Source: Octopus sinensis (taxonomy: Eukaryota). From it: 64,000 nt of DNA. The DNA is taken from positions 38,006,001 through 38,070,000 of the forward strand of contig NC_043004.1 of the NCBI RefSeq assembly GCF_006345805.1. Direction: 5' to 3'. The position numbers and the translations under genes were made by a program. Positions 52,904 to 64,000 of this stretch are shown here, one piece after another. Position 1 is the stretch's first letter. Every line of letters begins with the position of its first letter. A model generated the notes under the pieces. It searched no databases, was not told the origin of the DNA, and saw only the letters and a list, made by a program, of their open reading frames with translations.

Positions 52904-53190
52904 GTGCATGGCTATGTGGTTAGAACGACGGGCTCACAACCATGAGGGAGTGAGTTCGATTCCCGGACCGGGCTGTGTGTTGTGTTCCTGAGCAAGACAC
53001 TTTATTTCTCGTTCACTCAACTGTAGGAACCATTTGCGACGTCACTGGTGCCAAGCTGCATCAGCTGTTACCTTTCTTTTGGATAACATCGGTGGCGTGG
53101 AACGGGGAGGCTGGTACGCTGGTCTTCCATAAACAATCTTGCTCGGACTTGTGCCTTGGAGAGTAACTTTCTAGGTGCCAATAACATGGT
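52904..53190 (+). mobile_element. tRNA-derived SINE (family F)
   Basis: tggctatgtggttag..gagttcgattccc..tgtgttcctgagcaagacactttatttc. Related heads lie at 63866-64000 and ~60652-60740. Confidence 0.7.
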
Positions 53191-53223
53191 CATTCACCCT
53201 TTATATATACATGCATACATACA

Positions 53224-53256
<33 letters not shown>

Positions 53257-53539
53257 GTGTGTGTTTGTGAACGTGCATACCCTGATAATCACCAGATCCT
53301 TATTTCAATTCCGAGGCCGGGCGATGCGTTATGTTCGTGCGCAAAAACACTTCACTTCCCGTTGCCTTGCGATCATTTCCACTCCTGGTATGTGGCGCAT
53401 CTTGTATAGCGAACGTCGATTTGATGGACGAAGTAAACTAATGAAGAAGACAAACATTTGATCACTATAAACAAATCACCCGTGCAAATTGTTCTACAAG
53501 AACCGACAGTAAAAGTCATCACGTATGTATGTATGTATG

Positions 53540-53570
<31 letters not shown>

Positions 53571-53888
53571 TGTATGTATGTATGTATGCATGCATGCATG
53601 CATGTATGTATGTATGTATGTATGTACGTACATACATACGTGATGAACTTTACTGTCGGTTCTTGTTGAACAATTTGCACGGGTGATTTGTTTATAGTGA
53701 TCAAATGTTTGTCTTCTTCATTAGCTTACTTCGTCCATCAAATCGACGTTCGCTATACAAGATGTGCCACATACCAGATGTGGAAGTAATCGTAAAGTAA
53801 CGGGAAATGAAGTGTTTTTGCGCACGAACATAACTCATCGCCCGGCCTCGGAATTGAAATAAGGACCTGGCGATTATCAGGGTATGTA

Positions 53889-53980
<92 letters not shown>

Positions 53981-54169
53981 TACACATACACATGTACGCA
54001 CGTATGTGTCTTTCTTATATATGTGTGCATATGTAAATTTCTTTATATTCATCAATATATGTATACACACACAAATATATATATATATATAATATATATA
54101 TACATACATGCATACATACATAATAATAATTAATATATATAATAATGTATATACATGTATATATGTATG

Positions 54170-54204
<35 letters not shown>

Positions 54205-54955
54205 ATATACGTATATATATATAATATATATATATGCACATACATGTGCACGTGTTTGTATAATATACATAGATATGTAGTTTTAGATATATTAATAAAA
54301 ATATACCGTATTATTAGTAGAATATAATCACAAATACACACATACGTACATACATACATACATACATACATACATACATACTACATACATACATACATAC
54401 ATACACCTTGATAGTTTCTTTTTCCTTCTGCATGATAGAGTTGAATTCTCAACAAGAAAGAAATGATAAGCAATGTCAATTGGTGTCGGCCATTTAACCG
54501 ACGGCAAGCCTCATTTGATGAAGTTAATAAGAATTGTTACACGTTGCAAGGCTTTCAATACGGTGATATTTATGAATGATGTAAATGAATGAGTGTTATT
54601 TATAAACAGAATGCTATCTGAACTTCATAGCTAGAAATAACAAAAGATATTCATATATGATTGCTTGAAAGAAGCAATCAGTCATATACCGTTGGGAAAT
54701 TTTTACACATAGTTACTTATACAAGCAAACAGAAGGGTTGGCATTTGTTGGTCTGGCAGCATTCACATTTATAGAGTCTCCATCTAACTCAAATATTTCC
54801 GACTGACATACTATAATGATATCTGTCTCCCTGTCTCTTAGTTTCTTTTTGTATGAATATGATGTATGTATTATGTATGTATGCAAGTATGTGAGTATGT
54901 ATGTATGTATGTATGTATGTATGTATGTATGTATGTATGTATGTATGTATGTATG

Positions 54956-55007
<52 letters not shown>

Positions 55008-55221
55008 CTTACACAAATTCACATACACATATATACACATTGCTCTTTGTTACTCTTTCTCTATCTCTCACTATCGATCTATTTATCTATGTGTATGATA
55101 TATGATATAAACGCATGTATGTATATATGAGTGAGCTTGTATGCGCGTGTGTGTGTATATACAGACTGAAGGGTAGTTAGATAGTCAGAGAGATAGATAA
55201 ATCGATCGATAGATACATAGA

Positions 55222-55340
55222 TTTATAGCTAGTTAGGCAGATAGACGGAAAGACAGACAGACAGATAGATAGATATATAAATAGATAGATAGATAAATAG
55301 ATAGATAGATAAATAGATAGATAGATAGATAGATAGATAA

Positions 55341-55373
<33 letters not shown>

Positions 55374-55424
55374 TAGATAGATAAATAGATAAATAGAAAG
55401 ACAGACAGACAGACAGATAGATAA

Positions 55425-55516
<92 letters not shown>

Positions 55517-55538
55517 ATAGATAGACAGACAGACAGAC

Positions 55539-55580
<42 letters not shown>

Positions 55581-55620
55581 TTAGATTGATTGATAGATAG
55601 ATTGATAGATATATAGATAA

Positions 55621-55653
<33 letters not shown>

Positions 55654-55667
55654 TAGATAGATAGATC
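55222..55667. repeat. Compound (GATA)n/(GACA)n microsatellite, representative of the dozens of TA, CA, TATG, TATC, AG and TAA tracts in the window
   Basis: Read directly. These tracts account for nearly all ORFs in the track (YI, VC, MYVC, LSIY, poly-N/I/Y). Confidence 0.95.
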
Positions 55668-56056
55668 TGCGTGTTATGACTCAGGCAAAAAGACAAACAA
55701 TCTCATAGGAAATGTGCTGAGAAGAAGACATGCATATTGGCCGATGGAGAAAAGACAAAATTACACAGAATTTTATGATTTTTTTTATCTGAGTATTTTG
55801 TATGGCTGTATTTGTGTGCATGCTTGTACGTGTGTTTGTATATGTGCATGCGTAGGTGTGTATGTGATGCGTAGCTTTTTCGTACGCATGCGTGTACATG
55901 ACTGTGTGTGCTTGTATGCGTGAATGCTCATGTGCAAGCGTGAGTGCATTTTATATTCTTTAATACAGCAAGTTCGTATTGGCGGTGGGCCTCATATTTA
56001 TTTTGGAAGCTGTCTTTTTCTCTCACCATCTCTCTAGCCCCTCTCCTACGCTCTGA

Positions 56057-56156
56057 NNNNNNNNNNNNNNNNNNNNNNNNNNNNNNNNNNNNNNNNNNNN
56101 NNNNNNNNNNNNNNNNNNNNNNNNNNNNNNNNNNNNNNNNNNNNNNNNNNNNNNNN
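56057..56156. other. Assembly gap (100 N) inside a Blimp-1 intron
   Basis: Run of N. Confidence 1.
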
Positions 56157-57731
56157 ACTGTCCAGATAGACAACCTAGTGCAGTGATTTGTAAACTGACA
56201 AATATCCTTAAAGATACTATTTTTCGCCGTCTCTCTCGCTTTGTTAATGAGAAAATAAACTAGAATTAGCTTCCATATCTTCCAGAATGGTGGACAAATC
56301 TAAAATGTTTGAGACCTTATTAAATTAATCAAATATAACAATTTGTTTATCTTCCTCCGTCTCTCTCTTTTTCATTAAAGAGTAGCCACGTCAGCCTATA
56401 TACATACATACATACATACATACATACATACATACATACATACATACATACGAACATACATAGTACGTACATATATACATATATATATACACAGACAGAC
56501 AGACATATATGGTGATAGTCGACTTATAAACGAGTACCACCATCACTGACAAAGCAATGCCTGTGCAAAATCTTTAGGTACAGTAAGGCTTGCGCGACAT
56601 CTCATAAATCCTCTTGCCCTATTGATATGATCTGGAAGAAAGACAAGATATCTAGTGCCAATATGAGTCGCAGGTTAAAGAATGTGAAAGTGCTATAATT
56701 CCAACCGCAAGCCAAAGAATCTTAAAATATACACTGCTATCCTTTACATATTCGGTTATATATCAGAGTAACCTTCTCCTAGAGGTATACTTTAACAAAA
56801 GCCGAGAGGTACCTCACTCCCAGTGGTCTTGCACAACACCAAACCCGAATTTCTGAGATCCCATGATATTATTAAATAGTTGTTGAACTTACACTGAGTT
56901 AACCGCCCTTTTGATTCAAATGGTTACATTTTTGTGCATTAGCATTTATCAAACCGAATATACAGTTCTCACAATCAATATCTTTAATAAAGATATATAT
57001 GGTTAGGCTGGGAGAAAATATTACCCAGGATAAATCTCAAAAGATTTGGTTTGCATGAAGGGAAAAACCAGCCGATTAGTTTCGTCTTTCGTTAATGACT
57101 CGCCAGGTTCGGTTTTGCTTTCACCTAGTGAAGCTTAGAAGCATACAAAATGGTTGGTCATTTATAACGGCAAGTTCAGTGGAGTGTGGTTAGCGTTAAT
57201 GACCTGGTTTGAACATAACCAGTTTATATAATTCGCAGGATTGCAATATATATATATATTCGAAGGTTTGGAGATGATGTATAGGTATTTTATATTAGAA
57301 GAAATGAGGTACTCAGAAATTCGGATGGTTTTATATTTACAGATATTTATTTGTATATTACATGTTTTTATACATCATATAACTTAGATCGATTTGAAAA
57401 CCCCACTAGAATGGGAGAAAGCGCTAATACATGATCTAAGTTATATGATGTATAAAAACGTAATATACAAATAAATATCTGTAAATATAAAACTATCCGA
57501 ATTTCTGAGTACCTCATTTCTTCTGTGTCTGTGTATTCATGCGTGCCACTTTATATAACAGTATATATGTACATATGCATGAATGTGAAAGCGCATGCGG
57601 CGCACTACATAAACATGCATTTTCTGCACAAGCACTAACGCACACAAATACACACATATGCGCAAACGCACGCACAATCACACACATTTATGTATATCTG
57701 AATTGTTAAAATTCTTTAGTGTGGAACTCAC

Positions 57732-57854
57732 CCGCCATATTTTCTTCAGATCTCTAATATCGTAGACATATTCACTACTGCCAATAATGTCACCGATCAG
57801 CGGTCCAAACCTCGTCCCTCGGGGTATATAATCCACACTCCACACTCCAAGTTC
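57732..57854 (-). CDS. PRDM1: Blimp-1/PRDM1 coding exon (N-terminal half of PR/SET domain), 123 nt, phase 0-0
   Basis: Translates ELGVWSVDYIPRGTRFGPLIGDIIGSSEYVYDIRDLKKIWR, containing the PR-domain GTRFGP motif. Acceptor ...ttcgttttttaag|GAA and donor CGG|gtgagt. Joins in frame to the IYKH exon. Confidence 0.93.
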
Positions 57855-58273
57855 CTTAAAAAACGAATAAGAGAACAAAAATAATAAATAAACATATATA
57901 CACATAGAACAAAGAACATGGTCGGATTATTTTAGTAGGGTACTGTTGCTCTGTCCAAATACCTAGAAAATACTATGAAACCATGGTATGGAAATGATAA
58001 GACGTGCTGAACATGAGTCGTTAATACATGAGAGAATACATTACAATATTTGTTCTGGTGTTCTGAGTTCATGTCCCGCTGACGACAACGAGTATTTTAC
58101 TTTATAAAAGTTTCAGTCATGGCCCTTTGTTGAGGTTCGCTTCGGAACCACATGGTTTACGGTTAGTTTCCACCGTAAGCTGTAAGCTGCTGTCTTCTAT
58201 AATCAATATTTGCAAGAGAAATTTGATTGATGAGCACAAGAAGAAACTCCCCCCTTGCATATATATATATAGT

Positions 58274-58313
<40 letters not shown>

Positions 58314-59153
58314 TATATTTGTATGCGTGTTGTGTGCGTGGGTGTTTATGCCACGAGAGGCACGTACGGGTTATTCGTCTTTAGGTATACAAGGGGCATA
58401 TTATCTTGGGAACTGGTGAAGATTGGCGACAAGAATGCGTACTGTTTTTATGTAAATACAGTATACATCGGATTGTGTTTGATTAACAAATATAGTTGTG
58501 TATTTATTAGAAGAAATCTATACTATAATGGAGAAAGCTGCTTATTAGGTATGTAGCAATTACTAAAAGTACAAAAAGAAAGCAATTATTAAAGGGTTGA
58601 CTGTCTGGAAATATTTTTATAAATTCATGTTCTAACAAATTTCCTATAATTTCGATTTCTCAAGTTTATTGCATTTTTTAAACTCCGCTTGCTCGCAAAT
58701 TTAAACATTTACTGCTTCCAATTCATCACAAATTTAAATATTCATTGCATTCACTGCGGAATATTCCATTTTTATTTGCAAAGTCTCTGACTTTCTCTTT
58801 TAAGTTTTAATTCGCTATTAGTGTATACGTAATGTAAAAACATTGCTTATTTTTAAAAAGACGTATAATTTTTCAACATGGGATAAGGTTTGAGAAGAAC
58901 CAAGAAAGTTTGGTAATTACTATTAGAAGACGAGGAGAGAAAAAACACAAAAAGTTACCGACAAGTACTCGATACTTGCACCTTGTTCACAGTTTCCAAA
59001 CACAACTTAAACAGTGACACACACACACACGCACACGCCTCAATACATACTCGCGCACACACATAAATATGCATACACACAAATGAAAAGCAATGAATCT
59101 GTGTGTACGTGTGTGTGCGTGCGTGCGTGTGTGTGTGTGTGTGTATGTATGTG

Positions 59154-59198
<45 letters not shown>

Positions 59199-59443
59199 AT
59201 ATATATATAAATCGAAAAACACGCATTGAGTCGAAACAGGGGCAACTGAAGAAGGGGAATGTTCCTTGTATTGTTTGTCTTGTGTACTCTGTTTTTTCGT
59301 TGTTAAAAAAAGTCCGTTTCCTGTTGACGTTTATTTGTGGTGTCCTGTACTCATATATGCATGTATTATACATATATATATAGGTATGTACTATTGTATT
59401 ATGGTAATGTAAGCATATGTTTTATTTATCAAATTATGTTATC

Positions 59444-59483
<40 letters not shown>

Positions 59484-60141
59484 CATACTATATATTATAT
59501 ATAATCTTTATGGTATGTCTATATATATATATAATATATATATATATCTTTATGTATGTGATGCATGCTTTTATGTATAAGTATAAACACACACATTCAG
59601 CAGGCACTGTAACATGATGCTGTACTCTGACCCGCCGAATCCTGTGAAATAATCAAATACATGCCTGTATGGAAGATAGGCATTCCTTCTTTTGTGTTTC
59701 GAAGAGGGCCGAGTTTCGACTTGCGCTTGATAAAAAATAAATATGGTTTTATTCCAAAACGTAACTACATATCAAATTTTATAGTAACAAACTCATGTAC
59801 GGTTCTTTCAATGCTTGTATACATTAGGTTGTTAAGAAACCGAAGCATACAAAGATCAGATGAAGATTTCAATTGAAAATAAACTCACTGGCAAATTTAT
59901 ATAAATGTTGTAAATAAAGACATATACGCATGACTGTAGGTATACTATTTGTGTTTCCCTTGACTAATGTTGAATTCTTTGACAATTTTTTTTACAAATT
60001 ACCTTATACGTCCGCGTTATACCAAAAACTTATCCTCTTTATATAGCAAGTTTGTAGCTGTTGCTGGTTTAAACGCCTAGGAATCAAACTATAATAATTT
60101 ACTGGTAACAAGTTATTGACTATCAGATATCCCATCTTGCA

Positions 60142-60176
<35 letters not shown>

Positions 60177-60229
60177 TACATACATATATACATTTATATA
60201 TAAACACACACACACACACACACACACAT

Positions 60230-60272
<43 letters not shown>

Positions 60273-60979
60273 GTGATGTAAATATGCCATTTGAATATGG
60301 CTAACCCCTAAGGGTGGATGCTACTGTAGTTTTAGCCCCAGGAAGATGTCTCCTCCAGCTGGCTATAGACACACTTTCTGTGCCCTATCAGCTGGAGGAG
60401 ATGTCTTCCTGGGGCTAAAAACTACAGTAGCATCCACCCTTAGGGGTTAGCCATATTCAAATGGCATATTTACATCACGATGTGTTTCTGCTACTGTTGA
60501 TAACTCACTCTGATATTTATCATTATATATATATGATTTTGTTGATAGGGACTTGGATGTTTCACTAATAGCTGGCGTTTGGGAACTTGAATTGTGACAA
60601 GGCCAGTCAATAAATAGTTATAAGATATCATCTAATTACATATGTATTAAGTCGCGCGCCAATGTGGTTAGGGTTCTGGGTTCAAGATTGTGAAGCAGCG
60701 GGTTCGATTTCTAGTCAAAGGAACTTCATTTCACGTTAATTCATTGAATTTACATGAAAATTAAACTCGGTCAAGATCTAGTGGAGTTCCTTCCAGCTGT
60801 ACTATCCTTGTTGTATTACTTGGACAATTGGACGAAGGGGAAGCGGATGTACATGTCCACTTACTACTTCATAGGCTCCTAACACAGTATATTCGTTTGT
60901 AAGTGACGGCTAGTTTATGAGTTAGTGCGCGCACGTGCGTGCGTGTGTGCGTGCGTATGTATGTATGTATGTATGTATG

Positions 60980-61011
<32 letters not shown>

Positions 61012-61507
61012 TGTATGTATGTCATTATTCATTTTTATTTCTAGTTTTCTTGCCAATAAAAAGCCGGTTTCTGACCTAGATCCAAGGCTCCTTCATTGGA
61101 ATTTCAGCAGCATCAACAGGGTATGTTTGTATGTATGTATGTATGTATGTATGTATGTATGTATGTATGTATGTATGTATTTATGTATGTATGTATGTAT
61201 GTATGTATGTATGTATGTATGTATGTATGTATGTATGTATGTATGTATGTATGCATGCTTGCACGTCCCTGTGTTCATGTCTGTATTTATGTTTTCTCAG
61301 CTTTAAAATCTAGTGTTAGCGAATCGACAAATAGTGTAATATAAAATAAATACCAAATAGAAATAGCAAGTGAGGTTGATACTATCGACTTATAATCTTA
61401 TAAGTTCGTGTTCCGATATGGCCAATATTGAGTAGAAATAACTAAAAAATAGAAATTTATATATATATATATATATATTATGAGTAAAACTTACGTAACT
61501 TATATAT

Positions 61508-61717
61508 TCTTTTACTCTTTTACTTGTTTCAGTCATTAGACTGCGGCGGTGCTGGAGTACTGCCTTTAGTCGAGCAAATCGATCCCATGACTTATTCTTT
61601 GTAAGCCTAGTACTTATTCTATCGGTTTTTTTTTGCCGAACCGCTAAGTTACGGGGACGTAAACACACCAGCATCGGTTGTCAAGTGATGTGGGGGACAA
61701 AGACAGACACAAAAACA
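61508..61717 (-). mobile_element. SINE family A, 3' half
   Basis: Reverse complement of the body and tail, ending at the CA/TA tract. Confidence 0.8.
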
Positions 61718-61731
61718 CACACACACACACA

Positions 61732-61792
<61 letters not shown>

Positions 61793-61842
61793 TAGTGAAT
61801 TGAAGAAATGGAGTTGAACGAAGATTGAACAGAAATCGTTTT

Positions 61843-61932
61843 ATTGCATCTACACGTGTTTCGAAAGGCACAATTTACCAAATTCCGATTGAATAAGGAG
61901 ACCATATTGTGTCTTTCTCTTCAGGAAGAAAT
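61843..61932 (-). ncRNA. Hammerhead ribozyme in left arm of palindrome
   Basis: Minus-strand CTGAAGA (61924-61918), the same stem II, then GAAA-CACGTG-TA^ with the perfect palindrome ACACGTGT (61852-61859). Confidence 0.72.
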
Positions 61933-62310
61933 AGGAAATCCGTTGGAAAAAGCAAAAACAGAACAGAGGCGGAGCAAAACAAATCGAACGAGGCTCCTAA
62001 GAGCCCATGGCCAAACTGTTTATCAATGTATGTTGAAAAAGGGTGGTGGTGCGTTGAAGATTTTAACGGTCAGGCAGCGGTCATTCCGGTGGGTGAGAGC
62101 ACGGGGTGGTAGATGTTCTTGACAAAGAACATTAAGCACCCCGTGCTCTCACCCACGGAATGACCGCTGCCGACCCGTTAAAATCTTCAACGCACCCACC
62201 ACCCGTTTTCAACATACATGATAAACAGTTGGCCATGGGCTTAGGAGCCTCGTTCGATTTGTTTTTGCTCCGCCTCTGTTCTGTTTTTGCTTTTTCCAAA
62301 CGGATTTCCT

Positions 62311-62399
62311 ATTTCTTCCTGAAGAGAAAGACACAATATGGTTCCTTATTCAATCGGGATTTGGTAAATTGTGCCTTTCGAAACAGTGTAGAATGCAAT
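62311..62399 (+). ncRNA. Hammerhead ribozyme in right arm of palindrome
   Basis: CTGAAGA at 62319-62325; stem II GAAAG-a-CACAAT/ATTGTG-c-CTTTC; GAAA-CAGTG-TA^ at 62390. Stem III has a 1-nt deletion relative to the left arm. Confidence 0.7.
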
Positions 62400-62624
62400 A
62401 TAAACGATTTGTTCAATCTTCGTTCAACTCCATTTCTTCAATTCACTAATAATATTAAATTCAATTATCCGCACCAACGCACGGTTGCAACACCATTGGT
62501 TGTACCTCCAACCGTGTGTCTTCTGCTGTGTTTTGCTACCAAGGATCGGTTTAAACTTTGATTAATCGCAACAAGATTATTCATCTTCTATTTCAAAAAA
62601 AATATATATTATATATATGGCCTG

Positions 62625-62735
62625 CTCACTTAGCCAGCGGGGCGGCGTCATTTGAAGGCTAAACAATGCGAAGCGCATTGTGACCAGCGATGTGTAGCAA
62701 CATCTGATAGCCTGGGCGGTCACGATGATCACGAT
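62625..62735 (+). repeat. Short interspersed repeat also present at ~32150-32255
   Basis: Shared gctaaacaatg[c/t]gaagcgcattgtgaccagcgatgt[g/a]ta..aacat..gatag sequence. Confidence 0.6.
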
Positions 62736-62736
62736 G

Positions 62737-62802
<66 letters not shown>

Positions 62803-62803
<1 letters not shown>

Positions 62804-62947
62804 GACGGGCTTCTTTCAGTTTCCGTCTACCAAATCTACTCACAAAGCCCGATGCTACAGTAGAAGACACTTGCCCAAGGTGCCACGCAGTGGGACTGAA
62901 CACGGGACCATGTGGTTGGTAAGCAAGCTACTTACCACGCAGCCACT
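62803..62947 (-). mobile_element. SINE family A, 5' half
   Basis: Reverse complement of the head through gaagcccgtcgtatata. Confidence 0.8.
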
Positions 62948-63865
62948 CAGTATAACTTAAGAAAAAAAAATCAAGCCACATTTAATTTACAAAAATTTTC
63001 TTCTTTTATTTTTTTTTTGTTATATGTGGACATCATAATTTCCTATTTATCCTCTGCAAAGAATGTGGAAGATGCATATCTAAGTAAAAAAAACAAAAAA
63101 ACAAAAAAAAAAAACAATGTATGATTGTCAAATTCTATGTATTTGTACGTGTGCAAAGAAGTGTAGAGTGGAAGTTGAACAAGTTTCCGGTGAGCTGATT
63201 TAGCTATAAGGTTTCAATGCCTGGTTCTGGTGATCATACATTGCTTACATCTATTTCTGTAGTGTTCATAATAAAGCAACCAACTTTAACACTGCCATCT
63301 CTCTTCTTTCCTATAAATCTGAAACTCGTTATCCACATAGAACAATCAATACATATACAATATACATGTGAATGTAAATGTTATGGGTTTATTATATTGT
63401 TATACCATTGCATCAAAATCAATATGTATATCGGTATAAAATCTTATTCGTTATTTGTTGCTTAAGTTTATTTAACACAGGGTTTTATCGTTGTTTTTTT
63501 TTTTTTATATTACAGAATCTGTTGGGATTTTCTCTATTCATAGCGTCACATTTATGATTTAAGCCTTAAATATATTTCCGATTCCCGCTAATTCTTGCGG
63601 TTAATTTGTCGGGAATATTAAGGATACTTCCTGAGATCATCTCGTCGTTTTTTCCGGTGTAAGGAGCCTAGAAGAAGAGTTCTCGTGAGTTATGGTTTTC
63701 TTCTATTAGATGGTATTCAAACTTCACAATCTATTATAAATATTGCCTTTATGTTGCGAATCCCGCTCGTTTACACGTACACACACACACATACACAAAC
63801 ACACACACGCACGCACACACACACACACACACACACACCACACACATACACACACATGTATGTAT

Positions 63866-64000
63866 GGCGCGTCGCTTAGTGGTTAAGGCATTTGGCGTAC
63901 GATCGCAATGTCGTGAGTTCAATTCCCGGCGACGCGTTGTGTCCTGGAGCAAGACACTTTATTTCACGTTACTCCAATCCTGTCATCTGGCAAAAATGAG
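63866..64000 (+). mobile_element. SINE family F-like, runs off the window
   Basis: gcttagtggttaagg..gagttcaattccc..gtgtcctggagcaagacactttatttcacg. Confidence 0.7.

Noticed and set aside
57855-64000. Search for the N-terminal Blimp-1 exon; one weak candidate (tttatag|...ATAGAT|gtaagc near 63249-63311)
   Set aside because: Its translation (KKRDGSVKVGCFIMNTTEID) has no similarity to the expected pre-PR segment (e.g. LPRNL). The true exon is probably beyond the window.

Overview
Repeat-rich animal genomic DNA with very dense TA/CA/TATG/TATC/TAA microsatellites and one 100-N gap. The tRNA-derived SINEs look like those I know from octopod cephalopods, so Octopus sp. is an inference. The only host gene I can support is a Blimp-1/PRDM1 ortholog on the minus strand. 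It has three coding exons (57732-57854, 51144-51423, 40338-42364; GT-AG and phase-compatible, 809 codons plus stop) giving a PR/SET domain and five zinc fingers; the N-terminal exon(s) were not found. The rest is mobile DNA: an R4/Dong-type RLE non-LTR retrotransposon with two related 3' fragments, all in (TAA)n; a decayed Penelope-like element; mariner (D34D) and maT (D37D) relics; Helitron- and Tigger-like non-autonomous elements; RTE and CR1-like relics; and many SINEs. Most ORFs in the supplied track are microsatellite artefacts. Four things stand out. (1) About 11 minimal hammerhead-ribozyme (HHR) motifs with palindromic stem III, including a 432-nt retrozyme-like unit with 96-nt terminal redundancy and a three-copy family with a non-canonical CUGUAGA core. 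(2) At least eight long fold-back palindromes, two of which carry inverted HHR pairs, mostly next to (TA)n tracts. (3) A 128-bp direct repeat bracketing the Dong insertion just downstream of the Blimp-1 stop, possibly a very long target-site duplication with 3' transduction. (4) A TAA-targeted non-coding element that co-inserts with Dong fragments. All structures were read by eye and none was computed.
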